Shown here in pieces: positions 11,741 to 24,800 of a DNA stretch of 64,000 nt (positions are counted from its first letter, which is position 1; each line of letters begins with the position of its first letter). Origin of the DNA: Lingula anatina (Eukaryota > Animalia > Brachiopoda). A program made the translations under genes and the position numbers. The notes under the pieces are model-generated. The model did no database searches. It worked only from the letters and a program-made list of their open reading frames with translations, and was not told where the DNA came from. The DNA is taken from assembly GCA_051362555.1 (NCBI GenBank), contig CM120647.1, positions 14,608,651 through 14,672,650 of the forward strand, given 5' to 3'.

Positions 11741-14700
11741 TTGAGTGTGTGACTTATATTATTTTTGTATTTATTTATTTATTTAAACATGAAGATGACA
11801 CAAGTTTTCATTCTCAGGGTGGTGACAACTGTTTGGAGGGGTTGACATTTGTCATCACGGGTGTCCTGGAGTCGTTTGAACGCGATGACATGAAGAGCGC
11901 CATAGAGAAGTATGGCGGCAAGGTGACGGGAAGCATCAGTAAGAGGACAAGTTATGTGGTGGTGGGGAGAGACGCAGGGGAAAGCAAGCTGTCTAAGGTA
12001 GGGATATAGTTGTCATTATTTATTCTTTATAATTTTGTCATCCTATTTATATCCCACTCCACTTCTCACAGAAGTAATAAAATAGAGATATTTACGTGTA
12101 TGAATGCACCTACACCAATTAGGAGTTTGTTGAATCTTTTAACTTGCCTTATCCAAACATCTCTCTCTCTCCTTAATGTTTTGAAAATAATATCACTTTA
12201 TGTTATGCAAAAGTGGAGAATGGCCAACTCGAGTGTTCCTTGCACTTGCTGTTTCCAGGTACATTGAATGATGTGCAGTTTCTTAATGTACTTGATTGGT
12301 AAATCTGGTTTTAATATTTTTCCTTCAAATCTGTTGAAGGCAAGGCAGTTAGGCACCAAGCAGCTGGATGAAGATGGTGTACTGGATTTAATCAAAACTC
12401 TTCCTGGAAAGAAGTCCAAATACACTGTGGCAGCAGAGAAGATGGTCAAAGAGGTTTATTTTCATTGTTTTATCATCATTTAAAATGTTTAATGTACTTT
12501 TGATATCACTGACATTATTTTATAAAAAGGATAGAGTGAAATGTTTGATTAACTTCAAACAGTACTGTACAGCTCTCAACGTCCATTTCAAATGTTAACC
12601 AACACTTAACATGGAAATATTACAAATAAATGTAGCTGTTACAACTGAAACAGATCATTAGTTTCAACTGTATTGTGGATGATCGAATTTGATTTTAATT
12701 AAAATGAAGTAACTTAAGATTTTTATATGTTCATAGAACTAAAAAGCTTGCCGTTGCTGTTTCATGTTATATGTAATGTTTATTCCAGGATTCTTTAAAC
12801 AAATCGGCAGTTAATGAAGCTTCAGGGAAAAAGACATCTCTCAAAAAAGAAGCCTCTGTTACCACACCAGGAAAAACCAGCTTATCAGAGTCCACCCCTA
12901 CAAAATCTGGCCAATCAGAAGCCAAAATTGGTGTTGACAAACCAGGAGAGAGCTTACTTTGGGTTGATAAGTACAAACCTACAAGTATGAAGCAGCTGAT
13001 TGGTCAACAAGGAGACAAGAGTAATGCTAAGAAGTTGTTTCATTGGTTGAATAATTGGCACAAGAATATTGCCAGTGGGAAAAAGCCAGGTGTGTTGGAA
13101 TTAATTTTCTGACTGTTCTAATAATTGTTTACTGGCATGGTATGTGTTTATTTATGAGCCAGTGAAAAATAACCTGTTTTATGGATTTTTTTCTTATTCT
13201 TTGAAAATACTACAAATAATTAGTTGTTTTATATGATTTAGAACTGAATACTTATGTAATTTTGTTCCATGAAAACATCAATCTTTTGTAAAATTCAGTA
13301 GAATCGTTTTTGGTCCTTTATATAGACTTTATGAAACCAGAAATCTATGCTTTTGCTTGTTTTCAGTATTCAGTCGTTTTGACTCAGATGGTGCTGGGTA
13401 CAGAGCAGCATTGTTATCAGGGCCACCAGGAGTGGGGAAGACCTCAGCAGCCACTGTTGTATGCCAGGTAATGCTTGCCCCCCCCCGCCCCCCCTCGCCC
13501 TCTCCCCCCCCCCCAAGCCCCCCACCCCACCCCTGACCTGCCTTTCCACCCACAAACACGCATAAGTAAATTAACATTTCAATATGTTAATAGAACCAGC
13601 AAAATTGTCATAAATTTGAGTAATGTTTATTCCAGGAACCTCTTTGTAAATTATCAGCTTATGAGGCAATAGTATCTTTGACAAATAAACCTCTGTTACC
13701 AAATTTGTGTTTGTCAAACTCCCCCCCTCCCCCCCATTCCCCTCTTCAGCTTGATTACTGTAACTGTGTATATCTATTACTGGATTTACACTTGAATTGG
13801 ATTTCTTACAGCCAAATATCTGTATGATGTTTGCCACATTTTATGTATCAAAGCTAACTCAATGAAATATTTGACAACGAAAAATACTGCGTCTCATATG
13901 TTATGTGGTAACATTGGTACAGTGTATTTGATCAACATATCCCTAAAAAACATTGCTCTCTGAGGCTTAAGTTTTCTTTGATGAAGACAGTCGGTTTTGT
14001 TTATGACCAGGAAAAATTTCCACATGTCAGCGCTCTTTTCTTCCAGGAGGCAGGTTTCTCGTACATAGAACTGAATGCGTCTGACACCAGGAACAAGAAG
14101 AGTCTGGAGCAGGAGGTGGCGGAGGCACTTAGTAACCACACTTTGGTCGATTTCTTTGGTAAGTTTGAAAAAAAAACTGTATTCACTTTAAATGACATGC
14201 TGGTTTATCCTTGGATAAGTGTTTTATTTTATAATATTATAGATTTTAGTTTTTTTATGTCCTATATTTCAATTTTATGTTTATATTTAGGTCAGGTGTT
14301 AAAACAAAAATCCGTTCAAATGTCATTTATATACATATCAAATGATAACATTTTGGCTATGCACTGTATGTTGTCTTTTATGTATCATATGCTGCATTCA
14401 AATATAGAGACCCACTTCAAAGCTTGCAGTCTTATCCCCTAATTGACAATGAATCGATTCTCCACACGGATTACGCAACAAACATTCAATTAGGTTAGCC
14501 ATATTTGATCCACGGACTAGTTGGTCTGCTGTTATGAATGTGGCCATAGTATTGTGATTGAATTTCTTTGTCATACATGCTACAGGCAGTGGTCAGTAGC
14601 ACTCGGCCATTTCATTATCATTTCATATCGTCACATTTGTTGTAAAAATGTGATTTTCGGTCTGAAGGGAAATTCTGTGGTATGATGATATTTTGGTTAT

Positions 14701-15701
14701 GCACTGTATGTTGCCAGTTATGTATCGTAGTATTATTGTGATTAAATATCTTTGTTCTCCGTCCTACAGGCAGTGGTCAGAGCAGTTCCAGTGGTCAGAA
14801 GCACTGCCTGATTATGGACGAGGTAGACGGGATGGCCGGCAATGAGGACAGGGGAGGAGTACAGGTGGGAGAACCTCTGTCATTTCATTATTATTTCATA
14901 GCGTAACATTTCTTGTAAAAATGTGATTTTAGGTCTGGAGTGAAATTTTGCCATGTGAAATTAACATGTATAGTATTCAACAGACTTCTGTTTTTTGGGG
15001 GGACATTTTTACCATACAGAATCCATCTAGATCAGTTTGTTGTGGTGAACATGATGGTAGTGACTGTTATACAGTTGTTTAATAAATTAGAACATGGGTG
15101 AAAACTCATTGTTAAGATTTTGGTGTCTCCTTATCTTATCAATATGCAGTAGAGTGAAATGCAACTTTTTATATGATTTTTTTTTATTTTAACAGGAACT
15201 GGTTCAGCTGCTGAAGAAGACCAAGATTCCTATAATATGTATGTGCAATGACAGGAATCACCCCAAGATTAGGACCCTAGCCAATTACTGCTTTGACTTA
15301 AGATTTTATAAACCAAGATTGGAACAGATTAAGGTGAGATAAGGCAGGAAGGCTCGACTTCTTTTATATATTTATTTATTTTGTGTAAATTATTTCATTA
15401 ATTTGTGTCAGTTATCATTATTTTGACAACATTTAAATTTTCAAGTATTTATAAGTAGAAAAGGCACACGATGCATCCATATTTGATCGCTTGTCTGTAG
15501 TGTATCTAGTCCTAAAGAGTCTGTGACATTCATCTTGTTGACGGTGCTATTGATGAATACAAGCAGAAAAATATGTTCTCTTGGACATAAAGTGTGATGT
15601 CTTCTTTATTTCTGTCATATATAAGCTTCTGTTTTCTCTTGCTATCACTAACTCTTACATGCACGCACGCACACATCTCTGCCTCACATAAACACACAGG
15701 A

Positions 15702-15781
<80 letters not shown>

Positions 15782-18700
15782 TCATTAGCAAGTTATCTGG
15801 AGCAATCCTAAGATGTCTTCCTTTATTCTAGGGTCCCATGCTGTCCCTTTGCTTCAAGGAGAAGATAAAAGTGCCACCTCCTGCATTGAATGAGATCATA
15901 GCTGGCGCAAACCACGATATCAGACAGGTGTGTGTGAGGACAGTTGTCCTTCTCTCCAGCGTCTTCTTTTAAAATCACGCTTCGAGTAGACAACTGTAGA
16001 ATGTGTGATGGTGAAATACATCATGAGAAGATCCTCCCCTCTGACCACAGGGTCCCCTGGTAGTCTGTCTAAAAATAATTGGGTCAAACTCTGTTGGAAT
16101 TTTAGTGATGAACAGGAACATGTTCCTTGCCAGACATACCCTTTGTATTTGTTTGTGGGTCAATTTCAATTTTTTGAGTAGTGCACATCAGAATCATATT
16201 TTTTCCTGTCATGTAATTTCCTTTCCACTTGTGTCAGGCAGTACCAAGCTAGTGGTGGTAGATGAAAATTGATGGTTGTTTCTTTTCCTAAACAAAATGT
16301 TGTGTTGAAAAATTAGAATGGAAGAAAAGAGGATCATCAATAAAATTGTGTCTCATATTTCAGATAATTCACAATCTGGCCATGTGGAGTGCCAGTGACA
16401 AGAGCCTAACATATGAGCAAGCAAAATCTGATGCCAACCAAGCCAAGAAAGACATGAAGATTGTAAGGGAAATTTTCTGTAAAAGAAAAAATGAAGTATT
16501 TATGACTAATTTACTGATAGATAAGTTTTTAATATCCTGAAGATATTTTGTAAATTATTTATTAGGACAAAACAATAGAAACAGTTATTTAGTTTAATTA
16601 TTATTTTTTTTTATTTAATACATTGATTTATTCCTTTCCTTAGTTTTTATGTTTATTGACGTTAAGGTAGTTATTTATTTATTTTTCTGTGTTCAGGGTC
16701 CATTTGACATCTGCCGTAAGGTGTTGGTGGGAGGAGCGGAGACTGCTGGAATGACTCTGGCAGACAAACAGGACCTGTTCTTCCAGGATTATGACCTCAC
16801 CCCTCTGTTTGTCCATGAAAACTACCTGTCGACAACTCCCCAGGCTGCACAGTAAGTCTGTCTTGGATGTAAACTGCCATCTGGTAGTGTGGTGGGATTT
16901 TGTGATTTGCTGCCACCTGGTGAATGGAAAACTCTGAATTAGTTGAAAATTTTGTATATTTATGTTTATTTGTGTGGGCACAAGCATTTTGGGTCTCAAT
17001 GTACTTCTGTTTAATTTTTGAAAAATCGCTACCATAGTGCAGGGATGGGAATTTTAAGAAATTAAAGTACCTGAAATTTTGACTTTTTAGTTAACTGTTG
17101 CCAGTAAAGATATTTTGTCATATTCCTTATAAGTGAGATGTTGAAAGATAAATTATTGGTGTGAATTATTTCAGAGGTAATATGAAGAAGCACCTACGAC
17201 TGATTAGCCAGGCTGTTGACAGCATGTGTGACGGTGACATGGTGTCAAAGGTCATCAGAGGTCAACAGAGGTGGAGCCTGCTCACAAGTCAGGTAAAGTC
17301 AAAAATTAGTGGTGTGAATCTCGGAGTTTTGATAATGTTATATTCTTTAATCGATAATATTGTTATGTACTGAATACTTTGAAAGAACAATGTCAGTATG
17401 ATTATCAGCTGCATTTAGAAAAATGATTCGCTTTAGTTTAGGTCTGCCAAACTGATATGGGTAGCTCTTAACATGTTTAATCTGCTTATCCAAAAGAAAA
17501 TAAAAGAAAACAAACCATATTGCAAAACTAACAGAACATCACAATTTGCAGAATCATTGTTTAAGTTGTAATTTTTTTCCATGAACTCTCTATGTGTAAT
17601 GTACTGTTGATGACGGGGTGTGGGGTGGGGAGGGGGAGGCAAAAAAGTGCTTTTGAATAAAAATGTATAATTTTTCCCCATTATTTCTTCCTTTCAGTCC
17701 ATCTTCTCTAGTGTTATCCCTGGTGATTTAATGAGGGGTTCTCTCCCTCAGATGGTCTCATTTCCAAGCTGGTTGGGTAAAAACTCCAGCAAAAATAAAG
17801 TGGACAGAATTCTACAGGAGTTGAGGACTCACATGTGTCTCAAGTAGGTTTATAGTTTAGTGTGAAAAAATCTCGTATAAATTGAAACACTGAATAAAAG
17901 TTTGCAAAATCATAAGGTGCCATTGAAAAATTATATTCTGAATTTAAATGCTATTCTCCAACCAGAATGGTATGACATGTTAAAATGGATTTGCATACTA
18001 ACTTTCAACTAAAATTTAAGGAATTTTCTTTAAAACCATGAGTGTCTTCCGAGTTGTTATGGATTTTATACTCGTTAAAATTTTTAAAAATATTTACAAA
18101 CAAATTGATTAAATTGATTGATTTTAAACTAAAAATAAAAAGAAGTTTCAGGTTTTTTTCCCTCAAGAAGAGCGTAATTATGAATGATTCTAATCAGGGT
18201 ATAACACATTTACTTAAATAAATACCATCCAATTGATTACAAAAATCAATTTAAAAAATAATAATCATTTCAGGGTTTCTGCCAACAAAGAGGGTCTGGC
18301 CATGGACTATCTCCCCCACCTGCGGTCCTCCCTCACCCAGCCCCTGGTACAAGGAGACGCGGACGGTGTCCCCGATGTCATCCATATGATGGACGAGTAC
18401 AGTCTACTGAGAGAAGACTTTGATAACATTCTGGAGGTGACGCAGTGGAGTGGACGGAAGGACCCCATGGCCTCTGTTCCTTCCAAGGTACCCCACTACC
18501 ATACTTTGTTGTTCTGGATAATAATAAATAATAAATAAATATACTATAAAATATACTAGAAGTGACCCAGTGGAGTAGATGGGAGGACACCATTGCCCAT
18601 TTGTCCCTTCCAAGATGCTATCCTGGGACTGCCAGACTGTAGTTATTTATACTAGTACCAAGAACTATAAATATTTGCATGTGTAATGCAGCAGTGCTGT

Positions 18701-19620
18701 GTTAGTTGATTGATATGCCTTTGACTCCAGGTGTGTGAAATTTGCCTCAAAGTCACTTGTAAGATGAGCCTCAGGCGTAGATGGTACCTCATTACAGTAT
18801 TGGATTAAACTGGTACACTGTACCGTAAAGCCCAAAGGGCACACATGTTACTCAAATGGTTTGTCTTCCTGTGTTAATTTGACTGCGCAGACTTGCTCTC
18901 TCTGTTGCTTATATTATTTCCTTTATAGAATAATCATAAACAATACTTTCAATTATTATATATTTTTTCAATCAATAACCCAGGTGAAGTCTGCCTTCAC
19001 CCGAGCCTACAATAAAGAAGCCCACATGACGCCCTACGCTGTGTCTAACATGGGGAAGAAGGGCAAGAAGAGTGTAAGCAGTGCGGAGGATTACCCTGGG
19101 CTGGGGGAGGAGGAAGATGGAGAGAATGGAGGTGGAGGAGGAGGAGAGGATGAGGAAGAGGAGGAAGAAGTGACTGCTGATGCAATGATTAAGGTATGGT
19201 TTTTATTTGCTGGCCTTCTTGTCTATTTACGGTGATCAATTTATGTGTTGTAGGGCAATTGGAGAATTGGGGGTGATTTCTTTACTTACAATTTTGCCCA
19301 ATTGTGTGCTTGTTTTGTTCGCTTTTCTTTTTTTAATTTAAATACTTTTTTCCTAAACAAAAATAAAAACACAAACTAAATAACCTTCTTTCACTCTCTC
19401 CTAGATAACAATTACAAAAAACATAAAATTTTTCATGTGTTATCTTTCTCTAGGATCCTAGATTTGAAAAATCAATCCATAGATTTGTATATTGTAGAAT
19501 TGTTTTGATACAAATATGCAATTATTATTTCAGGTTAAAAAGCCACCTGCGGCTAAAGGCAAAGGAAAGGGAGAGGGCAAAGGTCAAGGAAAGGGCAAAG
19601 GTCGTGGAAAGAAGTCATAA
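5255..19620 (+). CDS. RFC1: Replication factor C subunit 1 (clamp loader large subunit), 24 exons
   Basis: Exons: 5255-5257 (ATG only), 5909-6400, 6563-6659, 8459-8551, 9164-9369, 9697-9792, 9918-10350, 10573-10733, 11226-11330, 11818-11997, 12340-12453, 12789-13089, 13367-13467, 14047-14158, 14770-14864, 15196-15333, 15832-15927, 16364-16462, 16697-16851, 17175-17292, 17698-17843, 18274-18487, 18984-19193, 19534-19620; all introns GT-AG. Motifs: N-terminal MDIRNFFG, BRCT ([15 protein letters not shown]...[12 protein letters not shown]), LLWVDKYKP, Walker [17 protein letters not shown], Walker [10 protein letters not shown]-terminal [12 protein letters not shown]. Confidence 0.95.
6831..8345 (+). 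mobile_element. 5'-truncated CR1/L2-clade LINE (RT and C-terminal domain) in RFC1 intron 3
   Basis: ORFs 6831-7481 and 7420-8142 carry [38 protein letters not shown] and LHWLPV, with one frameshift in the T-run at ~7437-7442. AT-rich 3' UTR ends in (TTA)n; the element sits within a (TA)n tract. Confidence 0.92.
8346..8411. repeat. (TA)n microsatellite
   Basis: Direct reading. A short (TA)n is also present on the 5' side of the LINE (6814-6828). Confidence 0.95.
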
Positions 19621-21850
19621 AAACCAGGGTCAAAGTAATTAACAAATGAGTTATGTATATAGATATATACAATGATTGACGCCTCAAAAAGTTGGTATAA
19701 AAAATCAAGGAAGAAGCGACAAACAATTTTGATAATTTATGGATGGTAAATACAAAAGGAGGACAACCTCCTGCGAGATTCAGTAGGAAGAATCAACGAA
19801 AACAACGAGTATTAATGATACTTGATCACGTTTTGCTGGCGTCCTTGCATACTTAAAAACAACTGATGTTTCCTACAAATTTATAAGACATGACGTTGTA
19901 GAAAATAGAGATGGAACTATCCTTTTTTTTTTTTTGGGGGGGTGGGGGGAGGAGGCCCACTGTGCCCCCTCCCCTCTAACTCTTTCCTGGATCGCCATAG
20001 ATGTTCACGTTAATTGTAATACCAGTTGAAAGCATTGGAGTTACAGGAGCAAGGCCAGGATAATAATACGGACTTTTGCAGTGATTTGTTGAGATGGATA
20101 TTGATTTTCTGTCGGGGTTAAGTGACACTGGAGAGATTGGACGTTTAATGCTATAAAACGGACATCTGTGGCCAATAAAACAGCTATGGCCAATGCATTG
20201 CCTTATACCAGTGTTGTAATAGACATGAAGACATGCAAAAGCAACTGCTAACCATATGAATTGTACAGCACTGGGTTTTCTTGTTGAAGTATCAAGATAT
20301 ATGCAATTAACAATGTTATTCGATAATGTGACCAAGAGAGAATAAAAATATGTACTATAATGGAGAGAATATTGTGTTTTAGTTTTAAAAAGATCTGTGT
20401 TTGGGAGGGGGTGTTGATTATTTTAGGTGGAAATTAGATGAAAAACTAGATCTGTACTTATTATTGAGAAGCGATTATGTCGGTCAAGTCGCCTTGTACA
20501 AAAATGTCAGCCTAATATTTGTCAGTGATTTGAACATTTGTTCAGAGATACGACATCGATTGTGGTTCCAGCGTGCGATTTCTCTCAGACTGGAAGGCGC
20601 TCAAGTTTCCACCACGCAACTCGAACATTATAGAGCGTGTTAGATCGGCTTTGTCAAGAATCGCTCTCCGGCATCTCAAAGACACTCAACTGCACTTAAA
20701 ATAACGATTAGATTGCGTTTTTGGCGAGCCGTCAATCCTTTACAACCTGGGTCCCACAAGCCAAAATGGTCACGACCCTAGTTGCCTAGTTCAGAGTAAC
20801 TTCGTTGAACGCAGTCTGATTCTCAGGGTGATCTGTTTTGTGATTTCATTGAGACAACTGCACACTGAGATAAGGCGCGCCACCAACGCGTAAACATTTG
20901 GCACTAGAACCCGCATGGCCGTGGGTAATTTTGACGTGAAAAGATGAAACGCTGTGGATGGGCTTACTGCCCAGAAAACGAATAACTTCTGTTAAATCTG
21001 TTTAGATTCCGATGTGCAGTCTGGAGAGGGTGGTTTGGCTTCTTTTCCACCAAGTACATGTACTGATAACGCTGGATACTTTTTAAATTCTAGATTTTGC
21101 GTCATTAACATGTATTGAAACGTAGGACACAACGCCGAATTCAACTTGAGATTACCTTTTACAATTTATCCTGCAGACTGGAAACGATGAAAACGATTGG
21201 GATATGACCGTATAGACGCCTTTGTTCATAGGAATTATACTTACAAATACATTTCCACGTTTTGAAGATAAGATTTGCAGAAATCAACTGGATGGCAATC
21301 AACTGTATGGATGACGCAAACAGACCCAGCTAGGCCAGAAGTGCTTTAACACGAAGTAAAACTACCAAGGCCGACGCGTTAGAAATACTCTTTAGGACTT
21401 TATGGCATCGACGAACGTATTTGCTTACCAGTTAGATACTTCATTCTTGTACGGGTGGTGATTATTCGGGATCGAACAAATTGAGTGCCATTTACTGCGT
21501 GAATGTCAATCGTTTTCATGGTGAAAGACCGAATGGTTCTTTCCAGTGACAGCGAATGGCATAAAATTGACAAATCAAAAAATATTACAGCTCTTATATC
21601 ATTTATGACACTTCTTTTTACAGGCCATGTTTAAATCAGGCATAAAAACAATTTAGTTTGTCATTTTAATGAATTCTGCGCAAGGAAACCGCAGGGGCAC
21701 TACATGTATAAACATCATTGTTCATAGTGTTTATAGTTAACGCGATTCAAATTGAAAGTTAGCAAACCACTCATTTTACAACATAGACCGTTTAAGCAAT
21801 CTTTCCAGTGATTTTCTTATATATAAAAAAAATATATACAAATTCTAAGC

Positions 21851-24800
21851 ATGGCATCCAGCCCTGCAGCGGTAGTAATCCTGGCGTTCGTTGCAACCAT
21901 CATGGGCACTTTTGTCAATGCCGAGGAGAAATTCATATCCGGGTACTTCAGTCAACCCGAGGGGCTGGACAGCAGTTACTCCACCTTCTGCATGAGCCAG
22001 AAGTTCTTGGTGAGGGGGAAGTATGCCTGTCTTGGTCTGTGTGCGAAGGATGATTGTTGTTTCTCTGTTAATTACGAGTACGGGGTACAAGACGGCGAGT
22101 TCTCAACTTGCGAGGTGATGCGCCTGTCTGCTCGTAAACCGGACGGCGGCGTTGTGAATCGCACTGGTTTTGTCTATTACGAAAGGGTATGTATACAGCA
22201 ACTCAAAATTGTGATTTGTTTTTTTCAAAATTTTCTCAAAGGTTTTCACGTTTCAAAAAAAAAAAAAAAAAAAAAAATGAAGCACTTGAAGTTGTCTAAT
22301 GTTGTGGCATCATTAATAGCATTAAACTCAACGTGCAACAACATTGTGTCAGATATTTTATTACATTGCGTTTGATGTTTGTGTACTTCAGATGCGACAT
22401 GACAACAGCCAGTGTCGGGATACTGATTTTGGTAAGAGCGTGATGTAGGCCTAGGTGTTATTAGATTACTAGTGCATTTTCACTTCTTTGTGTTTCAATC
22501 CTTGGATGAAGATAATCGGATTGCATGTACGAGATTACCCGGTAGCCTAAATTATGTTGGTGACAGTAGCCTAGGTACTATAATTTCTCAAATTATACAA
22601 AATTTTAGAGTTACATATGAAGCGATAGTAGTTAGGAATGTGGTTTTCGACCTGCAAATTGAGAGGCGTTATATACTTTTTAATGTAATTTTTTTGGATG
22701 AACCTTGAACATTTTGAGGCGCAGTCTTAGTAAGCTGCTATTTTTAGCCACTGACTGGGTCCGATGTACAATTCTTGCTAAACGTAGCAAGAGCTGTACA
22801 CAGGAGCTGTTTTTTAACTATTTACTCTGATTGGAATTTTAATGACGACCATTTTATTATGTAAAACTTGTTGATATTATAATTTCATCTCGGACCTTTG
22901 TAAGCAAATTTTAATGACGATTATAAAAACTTGAAAACCCAAAGCAATGTTTACGAATTATTTATTAATGCACTAGATACATTTACATAACATATCAATT
23001 GTTTTTCGTTGAACTATTAAGAATACTTTATTTTAAGACACTAGATATCTAAGGGTTCAGTGGACACACCGTCTTCTAACACTTTTCTTTTACAATAGAA
23101 ATAACTAAAGGCATCTCTGCGTTGAACGTAGGAATACATCGTGTTGTTGAATAAACGTATCCCCCTATTTATACCACTGCCGCTTTGTTTATTTAAAAGT
23201 ACATCTAAATACTTTTGTTCATTTATAACATTGGAATTTCTATTGACTCCTTTGCAGCTAAATTTCGATTTGGTGTCTTCCCCAAAACAGTAGTAGGTTT
23301 TACTACACAGGCCAACGATACCGTCACCAACCCACTCGGCTTTGAACAACCCGGGCGTCCGTTTGTCGTACGCCTCGTGCTCTGGGGTATCAGTACGCGG
23401 AAACCACAGATGTTTCTCGGCTTCGTACTGCGCTCTCATGTGAGGTTTTACTACGTCTTCTAAGCTATCAGCCGAAAAGGCGATGTAAGCGGAATCCGTG
23501 TCCATTTCGCAGTATTGGAAATCGGACGGATCCACGAATTTTTGCATGAAGTCGTAGTAAAACTCCAACATGCGTAGCTTGGCGTACTGATACACCATCA
23601 CGCCTATGTGTAGAGGAAGGTCTAATTTGATGATTTTTTTGTTTAGCTCGACCTCATACACGTTTTCTGTAATTCGATCTAAACGTCGAAAACGGTGACT
23701 GTTGACTTTACGAGAGGCTGTTGCCTCACCGCAATACTCGGTGTCGCGGTGCCTTTCTTTGTTGGTCACCGTTTTCCCGTAGCCCGAGTTGCCAATGAGC
23801 TTCATGGTGTTGGCGACGATGGCTTTGGTCTTGTCTCTGTCTCCCTCCCTGCGAGCGTCACTCACGGCGTTTCCGAAATGCTCGAAACAGGCTTTCGGGG
23901 TGTACTCGATTACCTGGTGGATGCGCGTCACGCAAAGACCGTGTTCCAAGTACCATTTCAAAAGCGGGGTCGCCAAAACGATTTTTTCTCCGAATAAACT
24001 CCCGATCAACGAACGTCTCGGGACACTCATAATGTTATTTTCCTCGGCAAAGTTTTTCATGTAAGGACCGATGTCGTCGCGAGAAATAGTCGTGTTTTTG
24101 AAAACGGGTGGCATTTCGGAGAATTTGTGTCTGAGGTTGGACGGGACCTCTATGTCGCACTCGACGAATCCAAACAGTTTGTCCCCGAGGACGGCGTCTA
24201 GGATCTCGTCGAACGTGAGCCGATACCTATGCTCCGTGGGGAGCGTGTACCGCTTTCTGAAAGTTTTCACTTCATCGCTTTTGCTATGAAGTTTTTTCCA
24301 ATCGCACTCCCACATTTCGACGAGGTCGTAGCCGCACTCCCGAATGTACTCGCTATTAATTTCAGTTTCGATGCGTAAAGATTCCATAGTGACCTTTTTC
24401 GTATCGTTTATTTCCCTGTAGGTGCCATCTTTGTTTCGGTTCAAATGACACCGATGACCGTGGAAATAACACCCATGGTACTGATACACTGTCTGCGTTT
24501 CTCGACAAAACCCATCCACCGGTAGCCGACGGCACCCGACGCGCTTTTCTGTACCGTTGAACTGATGCCGGATTTTCTGACCTGTGGAGTGTGCAACCCA
24601 GTCCAACCACATCGTTGCCTCGCGTCCTCGCGGGTGAGAATATTCGCGCGTATAGTCGGACTCTTCGCGTCTGCGGATAAACGTGCCCGTTGGCATAGGT
24701 TGCATGAGGCACCACAGGTATAGCGCGTTGGCGTCGTACCCAACGATCTTTTTGCACAGCTTGGGCGCTTCAGAATTCGCCTTTCTAAGAAAGGTCACAT

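Noticed and set aside
20490-21560. CpG-richer unexplained segment between RFC1 and the lectin gene
   Set aside because: No convincing ORF, termini or motif found by eye. It may be an old transposon remnant; a translated search is needed.
23215-24757. Overlapping ORFs inside the polymerase gene
   Set aside because: Alternative-frame and antisense shadows of a GC-richer coding region, with no motifs.
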